Source: an uncultured archaeon (GTDB taxonomy: Archaea > Asgardarchaeota > Lokiarchaeia > Sigyniarchaeales > SOKP01). Taken from it: a DNA stretch of 35,149 nucleotides. The position numbers and the translations under genes were made by a program. The notes beneath the pieces were generated by a model, which was given only the letters and a program-made list of their open reading frames with translations, was not told the DNA's origin and did not search any database. Numbering within the stretch: the first letter of the stretch is position 1; each line of letters starts with the position of its first letter. The stretch spans positions 9,344-44,492 of the forward strand of contig CAZDTP010000032.1 in NCBI GenBank assembly GCA_964508365.1. Direction: 5' to 3'. Below, piece after piece: positions 26,468 through 35,149 of the stretch.

Positions 26468-27325
26468 ATGATTAACCAAAACGGTTTTTTTGAAGGTAGA
26501 GAAACTAAGAAGTTATTTTATCAGAATTGGCTACCAGATTCGGGAACAATTAAAGCTTACATAATTGCATTACATGGATGGGGAACGCATTCAGATAGAA
26601 TAATTATTCCAGCAGAATATTTCACAGAAAAGGGTTATGCCATCTATGCTTTCGATATCAGGGGACATTGGAGAAATTCAGGAGACTTCCCTGGGCATAT
26701 CGATAGTATGGATCATATTCAAAAAGATATCGTATTATTCATGGATTTAATAAAAAAACAAGCTAATGACGTGAAAATTTTCTTAATGGGTCACGCATTT
26801 GGAGCCTTAATATCTTTAATTTTTGCTATAAATCACCCAGCTATACCAGGTGTAATAGCATCTTCACCCTTATTAAAGTATATCAAAGATTTTTCACTTA
26901 GTAGAAAGCTGGGTAGAAAAATTTCTGGACCAGTCTCAATGATTTCTCCGAATAAAACAATTGAAATGAATATTGAACAGAATCTCCTGACAAGCGATAT
27001 TAAAATTTTACGAAAACACATTTCGGATGATAAAAGAATTAATGAGATATCTTGGAGATCTGCTGCTGAGATGGAAAGGTCAATGAAGTGGACTTTCGAA
27101 AACGCACCGAAATTACTATGTCCTACTCTTATCTTACAAGCAGGAAATGATAAGCTGGTTGATAAGGGAACAAATAGAAAATTCTTCGAAAGAATCAAAA
27201 GTACTGATAAGACATACCGGGAATATGATGGGTTACTTCACGAATTATGGCAAGAAAAGGGGAGATCACAGGTTTTTCAAGATATGTTTATATGGCTTGA
27301 AAAACACATTAAATCACAAAAATAA
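26468..27325 (+). CDS. Monoacylglycerol lipase/lysophospholipase-like alpha/beta hydrolase with nucleophile Ser replaced by Ala
   Basis: LHGWGTHS, DIRGH, GHAFG (instead of GHSxG), QAGNDKLV and GLLHEL. Confidence 0.88.
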   Translation: MINQNGFFEGRETKKLFYQNWLPDSGTIKAYIIALHGWGTHSDRIIIPAEYFTEKGYAIYAFDIRGHWRNSGDFPGHIDSMDHIQKDIVLFMDLIKKQANDVKIFLMGHAFGALISLIFAINHPAIPGVIASSPLLKYIKDFSLSRKLGRKISGPVSMISPNKTIEMNIEQNLLTSDIKILRKHISDDKRINEISWRSAAEMERSMKWTFENAPKLLCPTLILQAGNDKLVDKGTNRKFFERIKSTDKTYREYDGLLHELWQEKGRSQVFQDMFIWLEKHIKSQK

Positions 27326-27350
27326 GGCAATTTTAAAAATTATTTGATAT

Positions 27351-28151
27351 TTACGGATATTTGCTATATAATTTTTTTATATATTCATCAAGTTCCTTCA
27401 TCGTTTTCTTATCGTAAGCTATCTTACCGCATTCATCCTCCAGATCGTACCATCTCTCAATATATTTCGTGTTCATGATATTTAGCGAGGATTTAATCAA
27501 AAACATAAAAGAATCCATTCTCTTACTAAAAGTTCTCACAAATTTCTTAGTTTCTATTTCTAATTTGTCTAAAGGGAAAATTCTTGTCGGGAAATTAAAT
27601 TTTTTAAGGTCCTCCAATCCGAACTCATCAGCTGTAAACAAAATATTCTTAGCATATGATAGACCAAATGCTAACAAAGGTAGAATTGTCGCTCCTGTTT
27701 GAGGATATATAGAGATTGCTATTTCCGGCATTCTAAAGAACATTTCCTCTTTTGGTCTATCGGCAAATATTCGCAGGTCAGATGCCATTATTAATTCCAT
27801 CCCATACCCGATAGCGGTGCCTTGAACCTGAATAATTATAGGTTTTTTCATAATTAACATTTTCTGTGTGATGTTTCTTCCATACACCTTCATTTCATCG
27901 AAATATTCTTTATTATCCTCAAGAGATTTAGATTTAATATCAATTCCGGCGCTGAACATTCGATTACCGGTACTTTTTAACAATATACACTTAACTCTTT
28001 CGTCTTCATCGGCTTCTACGAGCTTAGTATATAATTTTTTCATCAAATCTAAATTAAATGAATGAGCTGCAGCTGGTCTATTTATTTCAATAGTTGCAAC
28101 CCTACCTTTCAATTCATATAAAATAATATCTTCTTCAAACATTCTTCTCAA
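27351..28151 (-). CDS. Enoyl-CoA hydratase/isomerase (crotonase) family protein
   Basis: IEINRP, FSAGID, VQGTAIGYGMELIMASDLR and MPEI; both catalytic-type Glu positions present. Confidence 0.88.
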   Translation of the reverse strand: MRRMFEEDIILYELKGRVATIEINRPAAAHSFNLDLMKKLYTKLVEADEDERVKCILLKSTGNRMFSAGIDIKSKSLEDNKEYFDEMKVYGRNITQKMLIMKKPIIIQVQGTAIGYGMELIMASDLRIFADRPKEEMFFRMPEIAISIYPQTGATILPLLAFGLSYAKNILFTADEFGLEDLKKFNFPTRIFPLDKLEIETKKFVRTFSKRMDSFMFLIKSSLNIMNTKYIERWYDLEDECGKIAYDKKTMKELDEYIKKLYSKYP

Positions 28152-28477
28152 TATTTTGATATTTTAAAATTATAAATAATTTAAAAAATAAAAATTTTAA
28201 GCGATTAATTCATTTTTAAAAGGCTTTATATTGACATAATTTAGGTTTGATGTGTTTCACGAAAACATATTTGATTGGGTTGATTCTTTCAGAGTCGATA
28301 ACCAAGGAGGACATTTTGCAGTAAACAGAAATTAATTGGTTTTATTGTTATAAGGTTAAACCGATAGGATTTAATGAAACATGATATATTATTAATTTTC
28401 TAATAAAAATTATAAATTTCTTTTAAAAACTTATACACTTGTAATATTTAATTCTAAAAATTGATTCTTTTGTTATA

Positions 28478-31420
28478 ATGCCTAATGAAGATTCGATAGA
28501 CGATAAGAACTTTAAAGATTTAACTCCAATGATGAAACATTGGTACAGTGTTAAGCAGAATCATAAAGATAAGTACCCCGACCATATTATTGCCTATCGA
28601 ATGGGAGATTTCTATGAGTTTTTTTATGAGGATGCTGTAAGAGTTTCTAAGCTTTTAGGTATCACCCTAACTAAACGAAAAATAGGAAGCGATGCCTACC
28701 CCCTTGCTGGAATTCCTCACCACGCAGGTAATTATTTAAAAAATTTAGTGAATTTAGGTCAAACTGTCGTCGTTGTCGATCAACTAGAGGATCCTGCTAC
28801 GGTTAAAGGTAGGATCGTAAAGAGGGGCGTGGTACGAATACTTTCTCCAGGAACTATTACTGAATCTGATATGTTAAAATCAGACGAGAACAACTACATC
28901 TGTTCAATTGTTAAGGGAAGAAATGGTTTTGGTATCGCGTTCGTAGATCTTTCTACAGGCGAATTTTTTACAACTGAATTTTTAAAAAAGGAACAAGATC
29001 CTTTTGAAGAAATACTAAGTACCTATTCTCAATACGATCCAGTGGAACTGATAGTACCTACTGGTTTAAAAAAGGACGAGCGCCTTTTTATGCTATTATC
29101 AGATTTGAACGATGCTTTAATTAAAACCTACGATGATAGTGTGTTTGATTTTGATGAATCGTATGATCTTCTCAAGAGACATTTCAATATATCAAACTTA
29201 AACTGTTTTGATTTAGAAAGTAGTGAACTAGCAGTTCGAGCTTCAGGAGGATTATTAGCGTTTTTAAAAGAAACTCAAAGAGATGTAATTCCAAACCTTT
29301 TCAAGATAAATTACATTCGAGAAGAAAGACTATTACATATAGATTATATAACGCAAAGGAACTTAGAGCTAGTTAACTCTTTATGGGAAAAGGGGAGAGA
29401 TTTCACATTGTATTCGATTTTTAATCAGACACATACGCCTATGGGATCTCGATTATTAAAGAAAATTATCCTGCAACCCTTAACAGATCTAAATGAAATA
29501 AACCAAAGAATTAATATTGTTCAGAAATTTAAGGATGATGTTTTCTTAAGATCGCAATTAAGAGAGGAATTAAAGGCAATAGGTGACCTTGAAAGATTTA
29601 TCAACCGAATTAATTATGCTAGAAATAGCAATGCTCGCGAATTGATAAACATCAAATACGCATTGGAAAGAATACCCAAAATTAAGAACTTATTAGAAAA
29701 AACTAATATTCCAGAAATCTCAAAATTCAACGACAAAATCAATGATTTTCAAGAAACGAGAACTTTAATAGATGTTTCTATGAAAGACAATCCTCCTACT
29801 ACAGTTAAGGAAGGCAATCTTATCAAAACGGGGTTTAATGATAAGATCGATGAATTAAGAGACATTCTCCAAAATGGCAAGAATTACATTCTTGAATACG
29901 AAAAAACTCAGAGAGATAGGTGGAAGTTAAATTCTGGTTTCAAAGTAGGACACAACAACATACTAGGTTACTACATTCAAATCACTTTAAGAACTCTTAA
30001 AGAGATTCCAAAAATACCTGACGAATATGTAGAGCGACAAACGCTTAAAAATGCTAAAAGATATACCACTAGCCAACTTAAAAAACTTGAAGAAAAAATC
30101 ATCCAAGCTGAAGAGCAAATAAGCGAATTGGAATACGAAGTCTTTTCTATTATTAGAGAAAAGATTATAGGAAAAACATTGGATATATTAGAGACCGCTA
30201 GAAATATAGCTTTTATTGATGTGTTTGCTTGTTTTGCGGAAGTTGCTGAGAAATACAATTATTGTAAACCTAAGATGAATACAGAAGACACTATCCTTAT
30301 TAAGGAAGGAAGGCACCCCGTAGTAGAACAAATTAATATGTCTGAAAGGTTTATACCAAACGATTGTTATTTGGACACGAGTAAAGAGCAGATTTTAATC
30401 ATTACAGGGCCAAACATGGCTGGTAAGAGTACTTTTCTCAGACAAGTTGCGTTAATCTGTATTTTAGCTCAAATGGGGAGCTTCGTACCAGCAAAATCTG
30501 CAAATTTAGGCATAATTGATCACATTTTTACTCGAATTGGAGCTTCTGACGATTTAGCAAGGAAACTAAGCACATTCATGATAGAAATGACGGAGACTGC
30601 AAAAATATTGAATTTTGCTACTCAAAAAAGTTTGGTAATCATTGATGAGTTAGGTAGAGGCACGAGCACTAGTGATGGCCAGAGTATTGCTTTGGCCACA
30701 TTGGAGAAATTACACGAATTAAAGGCAAAAACTCTTTTTAGTACTCATTATCACCAGTTAACAGAAATTGATTTACCGCGAATTAAAAATTATCACCTTG
30801 ATATTATTGAAAATGAAGATGGAAGCATAAATTTCATTCGGAAATTGAAACTAGGAAGTACAGATAAATCTTATGGAATTCATGTCGCAAAAATTGCGGG
30901 AATTCCAGACGATGTCATTATAAGAGCGTTCGAAATACTAGATCAAATCGAAGTAAAAGATCCGTTTAAGGCTACTGTTAAAAATAACGGTAATGACATA
31001 TTACAGGGTAAATATCACGACAAATTTATTTTAGAAAAACAAATGATGTTAGATCGATTGAACTCCGCCTTAGAATTGAAGCAAAACGAATTATCTGAAT
31101 GTGAAGATAAGATGATTCTCATAAATAAGGAGTTAGTAAAAAAGAAGAGCGAATTACAGAACATCCCGGACAATAGAGCTAATTCAGCAATTCAATTAGA
31201 TATCAGACAGCGTAATGATGTAAAAAAAGAAAAGAAATATGTGCAGACTACTTTTTTTAAACCGAAAATCATGATAGAAACGCGATCTGAAGATGAGGTT
31301 AAAGAATTGTTAAAAATCGTTAATGGTATCGAACTTGATTCATTAACTCCTGTTGAAGCGATGAAAAAACTAATTATTCTTAAAGAAGAGTTATCTAAAC
31401 TCAAAATAAACGATAAATAA
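28478..31420 (+). CDS. mutS: DNA mismatch repair protein MutS (MutS1 type)
   Basis: TPMMKHW, GDFYEFF mismatch-binding motif, GRHPVVE, GPNMAGKST Walker A, DELGRGTST and SYGIHVAKIAG. Confidence 0.97.
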   Translation: MPNEDSIDDKNFKDLTPMMKHWYSVKQNHKDKYPDHIIAYRMGDFYEFFYEDAVRVSKLLGITLTKRKIGSDAYPLAGIPHHAGNYLKNLVNLGQTVVVVDQLEDPATVKGRIVKRGVVRILSPGTITESDMLKSDENNYICSIVKGRNGFGIAFVDLSTGEFFTTEFLKKEQDPFEEILSTYSQYDPVELIVPTGLKKDERLFMLLSDLNDALIKTYDDSVFDFDESYDLLKRHFNISNLNCFDLESSELAVRASGGLLAFLKETQRDVIPNLFKINYIREERLLHIDYITQRNLELVNSLWEKGRDFTLYSIFNQTHTPMGSRLLKKIILQPLTDLNEINQRINIVQKFKDDVFLRSQLREELKAIGDLERFINRINYARNSNARELINIKYALERIPKIKNLLEKTNIPEISKFNDKINDFQETRTLIDVSMKDNPPTTVKEGNLIKTGFNDKIDELRDILQNGKNYILEYEKTQRDRWKLNSGFKVGHNNILGYYIQITLRTLKEIPKIPDEYVERQTLKNAKRYTTSQLKKLEEKIIQAEEQISELEYEVFSIIREKIIGKTLDILETARNIAFIDVFACFAEVAEKYNYCKPKMNTEDTILIKEGRHPVVEQINMSERFIPNDCYLDTSKEQILIITGPNMAGKSTFLRQVALICILAQMGSFVPAKSANLGIIDHIFTRIGASDDLARKLSTFMIEMTETAKILNFATQKSLVIIDELGRGTSTSDGQSIALATLEKLHELKAKTLFSTHYHQLTEIDLPRIKNYHLDIIENEDGSINFIRKLKLGSTDKSYGIHVAKIAGIPDDVIIRAFEILDQIEVKDPFKATVKNNGNDILQGKYHDKFILEKQMMLDRLNSALELKQNELSECEDKMILINKELVKKKSELQNIPDNRANSAIQLDIRQRNDVKKEKKYVQTTFFKPKIMIETRSEDEVKELLKIVNGIELDSLTPVEAMKKLIILKEELSKLKINDK

Positions 31421-32324
31421 TAGGTAGAATCATCACTACTATGCTTATATAGATATAGAATGCAACCAGAATCAACACAACTGCGGTTCTGATCTGATCT
31501 CTTTTTTTATACTTTTCAAGACTTTCAAATATTATGACAAGCATAAACCCTAAAAACATTAAATGTGAAGGTTGAACCGCTTTCCATATTATAGGATCAA
31601 GAAATGTAAGGCCTTGAATCCCAGGAGTATTATTTGTCCAATTATTTAACATATGGAGAAAATAATCTGGAAATATGATATATGGTAAACACAAAAGTAT
31701 GAAGGGTATAACATAGTAAATTAAATCTTTGACTTTAATTTTTTTTACTATTAACAAAACTGGAAGAAATAGAATAGAGTTGATTTTTATAGTGGAAAGA
31801 GCAAAAAGAATTCCAGACAACCACATCTTATCTTTTTCTAAAGAAGTGTAAGAAAGAAGTAGGAAGAAGATGATAAGAAAATTACAATTATTGTACCAAC
31901 CGTCAATGAGAAAACCAACTAATATAGTAAAGTAAAAGTATAAGAGATTTCTTCTGTTTTTGATTATTTTAAAACCCTTGAGGACAATATAACTACTGGT
32001 AATTAATCTTAATATATCCCAGATGTATACACTTACTTCAAACGGAATCAAACCCATTGGATAAAATATGAAGTACCAAAAGTAAAGGTAATAAGGAGGC
32101 CAGTCGGGAACTCCTTCTGGAACTGCAACTGGATCGTAGAAATTTACTAAGCCGTTTTTTAATCCTAGTAGAAGTATTTTAAAATCTACATCTCTTGAGC
32201 CTTCAAATAGCAGTGGAAAGTCAAATATATTAAGAAGGATTCTCGTGATGAATAGAAAAATGGTGACTGAAGCCAGTAGAATGACCATATTTCTATGAAT
32301 GGTATAATGTATCTCTTCACTCAT
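31401..32324 (-). CDS. Polytopic membrane glycosyltransferase, GT87/DUF2029-like (GT-C fold)
   Basis: Highly hydrophobic; D in the first loop (RDVDF), WPPYYLYF..IFYPMGLIP...IW and GILFALSTIK patterns typical of DUF2029/GT87. Confidence 0.65.
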   Translation of the reverse strand: MSEEIHYTIHRNMVILLASVTIFLFITRILLNIFDFPLLFEGSRDVDFKILLLGLKNGLVNFYDPVAVPEGVPDWPPYYLYFWYFIFYPMGLIPFEVSVYIWDILRLITSSYIVLKGFKIIKNRRNLLYFYFTILVGFLIDGWYNNCNFLIIFFLLLSYTSLEKDKMWLSGILFALSTIKINSILFLPVLLIVKKIKVKDLIYYVIPFILLCLPYIIFPDYFLHMLNNWTNNTPGIQGLTFLDPIIWKAVQPSHLMFLGFMLVIIFESLEKYKKRDQIRTAVVLILVAFYIYISIVVMILPIIYRLF

Positions 32325-32493
32325 GATTCCATTTAAAATGTTATATCATAAAATCTTAATAGTAAGTATTAATAGAAATTTAAAAGAATTTTGTTGCTGT
32401 CGGTTATATTTCAATTAACTGCAATTATTTAAATCTTAATAGAGTTTTATTTTAAATTCTATAATTACATGATTATATATACTCGAAAAAAAA

Positions 32494-34419
32494 TTGAAGA
32501 GGATAAATTTGAGTAGACCAAAAATAAAGAAAATTATCGATGCTGAAAAGATAGCGGCCGGAGAGGTGGTAGACAGACCTGCAAATGTAGTGAAAGAATT
32601 ACTTGAAAATAGTATCGATGCGGGAGCTAAAGAAATTAGGATTGTTGTTAAGAAAGCGGGGAAAAATTTAATTCAGGTTATCGACGATGGATACGGAATA
32701 CCCTCGGATGAAATATTAATAGCGTTTGAGAGACATACAAGCAGTAAAATAGTAAAAATCGAAGATTTAGAAAAACTGTCAACCCTAGGTTTTAGAGGAG
32801 AAGCATTAGCTAGCATTGCAGCAGTGAGTCAAGTTGAAATTACTTCCAAAGTTAAGGAAAATGAAAGAGGAGTTAATATAATTATAAAGGCAGGGAAATG
32901 TGTTGAAAAAAAGGAAATTTTTTGCCCTATTGGAACCGATATTAAAGTAAAAAACATATTCTATAATATTCCAGCAAGAAAGAAGTTTCTTAAACAAGAT
33001 TCTACAGAACTTGGTCATATAACTGATATTATACAGCGATATTCCTTAGCTTATCCTCAAATTCATTTCATTTATAATCACAATGAATTAAATATACTAA
33101 ATTGTCCGGGTTCAAACGATTTAAGAACCACCGTTTTCCATATTTATGGGAAAAAAGTAGCAAATTTAATGGAGCTAATCAACTATGAAGGAGACAACAT
33201 AAAACTAAACGGGTTAATTGGGCACAGTGAAATCTCTAAAAACAACAGAACGCAATCGAGCTTGTTTTTAAACAAACGATATGTAATTAGCGATCTATTA
33301 TTTAGAGCTGTTCAAGAAGCATATAAAGGCACATTAATGATCGGAAAATTTCCATTCTTTATTTTACATTTAGAAATAGATCCTTCAGTAATAGATTTTA
33401 ATGTACATCCTAAAAAATTGCATATTAGGTTTGAAAACGAGGAGTACGTCTACAACAAAGTTTACAACATTGTTCGCATGTTTGTTGAAGAGAAATTTAT
33501 AGAAAAGGAAATTATTCACACATATTCAGACTTAAGTGAATTCTCTCAAAATGAAAAAGACCTCGACGAGACTGCTTTCTACAAGGATTCTGAGAGTAAT
33601 AGTATTGCGAAAGGAAAGCATCCCAAAGTTATTAATGGTGAAGAAGTAAATAAAAGAGAGATTGAACAATTAAAACCGTTATCACTAGAAGAAGTACCTA
33701 CGGAGAAAACTGTTCAACTAAATTTGAGCGATACTGATAACATTAATGAAAGAATTGATAAGTCTTCAGTGGAGTCGTTTTTGAGAGGAGATTATATCTT
33801 AATAAAAAACTTTCCTAAATTACGCTTGATATCCCAAACGGGTCAATTGAGTAATAAAACATATATTGTGCTAGAGGGAATAAATGAAAATGGAGAAGAG
33901 GGGTTTTTCATTTTAGATCAACACGCAGCGTCTGAGCGCGTAAATAAAGAATATTTTTTTAATTATTATCAGAACTCTAAAAAAGAAAAGCAAAATTTAA
34001 TTAATCCCCTTAAAATCGAAGTAAGTCCAAGTGAAAAATTCTTCTTAGAAGCTAATTTAAAAGAAATTTCCAGGTTAGGATTTGATTTTGAACATTTTAG
34101 AGGGAATACATTTGTTTTGAGAGCTGTTCCTACAATTATGGGAAAAGTACCTAACATCAAGATAATTACTGAAATTATGAGCGATATCTCTGAAATTGGT
34201 AAAGAAGCAAGTTTTACAGAAAAATTAGATGAAATTATTAATTATTTGGCATGTCACAAAAGTATTCGAGGGGGCGATGACTTGAGCTTGAAGAGTATTA
34301 GAAAGTTAATTATAGACCTCGGAAATTGTAAGGATTCATTCCATTGTGCACATGGAAGACCAACGCTAAGGTTTTTCTCATTTAAAGAATTAGATAAGCT
34401 TTTTAAACGAATAGTTTAG
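32494..34419 (+). CDS. mutL: DNA mismatch repair endonuclease MutL
   Basis: VVKELLENSIDAG, DDGYGI and GFRGEAL GHKL ATPase motifs; DFNVHPKK; endonuclease motif DQHAASERVNKE; ACHKSIR and CAHGRPT. Confidence 0.97.
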   Translation: MKRINLSRPKIKKIIDAEKIAAGEVVDRPANVVKELLENSIDAGAKEIRIVVKKAGKNLIQVIDDGYGIPSDEILIAFERHTSSKIVKIEDLEKLSTLGFRGEALASIAAVSQVEITSKVKENERGVNIIIKAGKCVEKKEIFCPIGTDIKVKNIFYNIPARKKFLKQDSTELGHITDIIQRYSLAYPQIHFIYNHNELNILNCPGSNDLRTTVFHIYGKKVANLMELINYEGDNIKLNGLIGHSEISKNNRTQSSLFLNKRYVISDLLFRAVQEAYKGTLMIGKFPFFILHLEIDPSVIDFNVHPKKLHIRFENEEYVYNKVYNIVRMFVEEKFIEKEIIHTYSDLSEFSQNEKDLDETAFYKDSESNSIAKGKHPKVINGEEVNKREIEQLKPLSLEEVPTEKTVQLNLSDTDNINERIDKSSVESFLRGDYILIKNFPKLRLISQTGQLSNKTYIVLEGINENGEEGFFILDQHAASERVNKEYFFNYYQNSKKEKQNLINPLKIEVSPSEKFFLEANLKEISRLGFDFEHFRGNTFVLRAVPTIMGKVPNIKIITEIMSDISEIGKEASFTEKLDEIINYLACHKSIRGGDDLSLKSIRKLIIDLGNCKDSFHCAHGRPTLRFFSFKELDKLFKRIV

Positions 34420-34501
34420 TTTAATTCCCTAAAATTTCAGTTAATTTTATTGAATAAAAATACAAAAATGTACGGAATATATTAAACAGAATTGTAAAAA
34501 T

Positions 34502-34768
34502 TCACGCTTTACTGAAAGCTATCCCTTCAATTCCTTGTATTCCTTCAACTTGTTTAAAAAGTCCTTCGATTTTGTCTGTACCGCCCCATTCTTCAGGGTA
34601 TCTAACGCGAACCCTAGCTTTTTGTAAACCAAATGCCACTGGTTGTATGTCGTAGTGTTCTATTACAGCTGTTTCAGGTAAGACACTTTTTAGCTTTGAT
34701 ACAAATTCTTCAAAATCCACATCTATATCTTCTGGAACAACATCTATTAATGCTACAAATTCTCCCAT
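34502..34768 (-). CDS. ef1b: Translation elongation factor aEF-1 beta
   Basis: PVAFGLQK, GGTDKIE and IQGIE motifs; start reassigned to ATG 34768 because the 16-residue extension in the track overlaps the upstream gene. Confidence 0.92.
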   Translation of the reverse strand: MGEFVALIDVVPEDIDVDFEEFVSKLKSVLPETAVIEHYDIQPVAFGLQKARVRVRYPEEWGGTDKIEGLFKQVEGIQGIEGIAFSKA

Positions 34769-34794
34769 TTTACTCAGCTCTTTAATGTCATTAT

Positions 34795-34971
34795 TTATGG
34801 TCCAATGAATGAACACTTAAGACATGTATATTCATTTCCCATAGTCCTACATCGTTCGCATCTCCAAATAGTAACATCTCCACACTGGGGACATGGAAAG
34901 TGAACTGCAGCTTCGTAAGGGGCTATGGGTCGTCCACAAGAGAAACACATATTCTTTTTATATGCTGACAT
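34795..34971 (-). CDS. Archaeal zinc-ribbon protein, DUF1610/HVO_2753 family (58 aa; not in the supplied ORF track)
   Basis: My translation: MSAYKKNMCFSCGRPIAPYEAAVHFPCPQCGDVTIWRCERCRTMGNEYTCLKCSFIGP*; four CxxC pairs, terminal GP, and the conserved position upstream of aEF-1 beta. Confidence 0.92.
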   Translation of the reverse strand: MSAYKKNMCFSCGRPIAPYEAAVHFPCPQCGDVTIWRCERCRTMGNEYTCLKCSFIGP

Positions 34972-35149
34972 CGTAATTACAGTTAGTCATAGTTATCTTT
35001 AATGGATAATAAAATATCCAATAACTTTAATTATTTTCGATTTTAAAGAATAGTATTATCTACTATTTCGCGGTTGTATTCGTAATCAATATTTATATAA
35101 ATTCACAACATAATTATTATAAAGCTTATTTTATTTTATACGAAAATTA

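Noticed and set aside
28251-28269. TGTTTCACGAAAACA resembling bacterial parS (TGTTTCACGTGAAACA)
   Set aside because: The right half needs a deletion plus a substitution, it is a single copy, there is no parAB nearby, and the host is archaeal.
34502-34816. 104-aa EF-1beta with an N-terminal extension
   Set aside because: The extension overlaps the zinc-ribbon gene; ATG 34768 gives the normal length.
1-35149. Mobile elements, prophage, CRISPR, rRNA or tRNA genes
   Set aside because: No transposase, integrase, terminal inverted repeats, repeat-spacer periodicity or G+C-rich structured RNA segment was seen.

Overview
AT-rich, densely coding archaeal chromosomal window. The gene content points to an Asgard archaeon, probably Lokiarchaeia (inference: archaeal rpoD-L18e-L13-S9, a gelsolin-like domain, MutS1/MutL, a multi-PAS histidine kinase and an eukaryote-like PPP phosphatase). 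It holds about 33 protein genes, mostly housekeeping: RNAP subunit D, three ribosomal proteins, aroA/aroC, a Clp1-like kinase, an Sm protein, RIO2, a 2-oxoacid:ferredoxin oxidoreductase (por gamma/delta/alpha/beta), MutS, MutL, and EF-1beta with its upstream zinc-ribbon gene, which the ORF track missed. I found no rRNA, tRNA, CRISPR array, transposase or integrase. Most notable observations: (1) a protein with an N-terminal gelsolin-like domain fused to about 4 transmembrane helices, a candidate membrane anchor or regulator for Asgard actin; (2) a circularly permuted ATP-grasp amide ligase of unknown substrate next to the Clp1-like kinase; (3) the porG-porDAB cluster split by an oppositely oriented 4-PAS histidine kinase; (4) a lipase-like alpha/beta hydrolase with its nucleophile Ser replaced by Ala; (5) two small uncharacterised Cys/His proteins; (6) many tight or overlapping convergent gene junctions. 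All family calls come from motif recognition by eye, not database searches.
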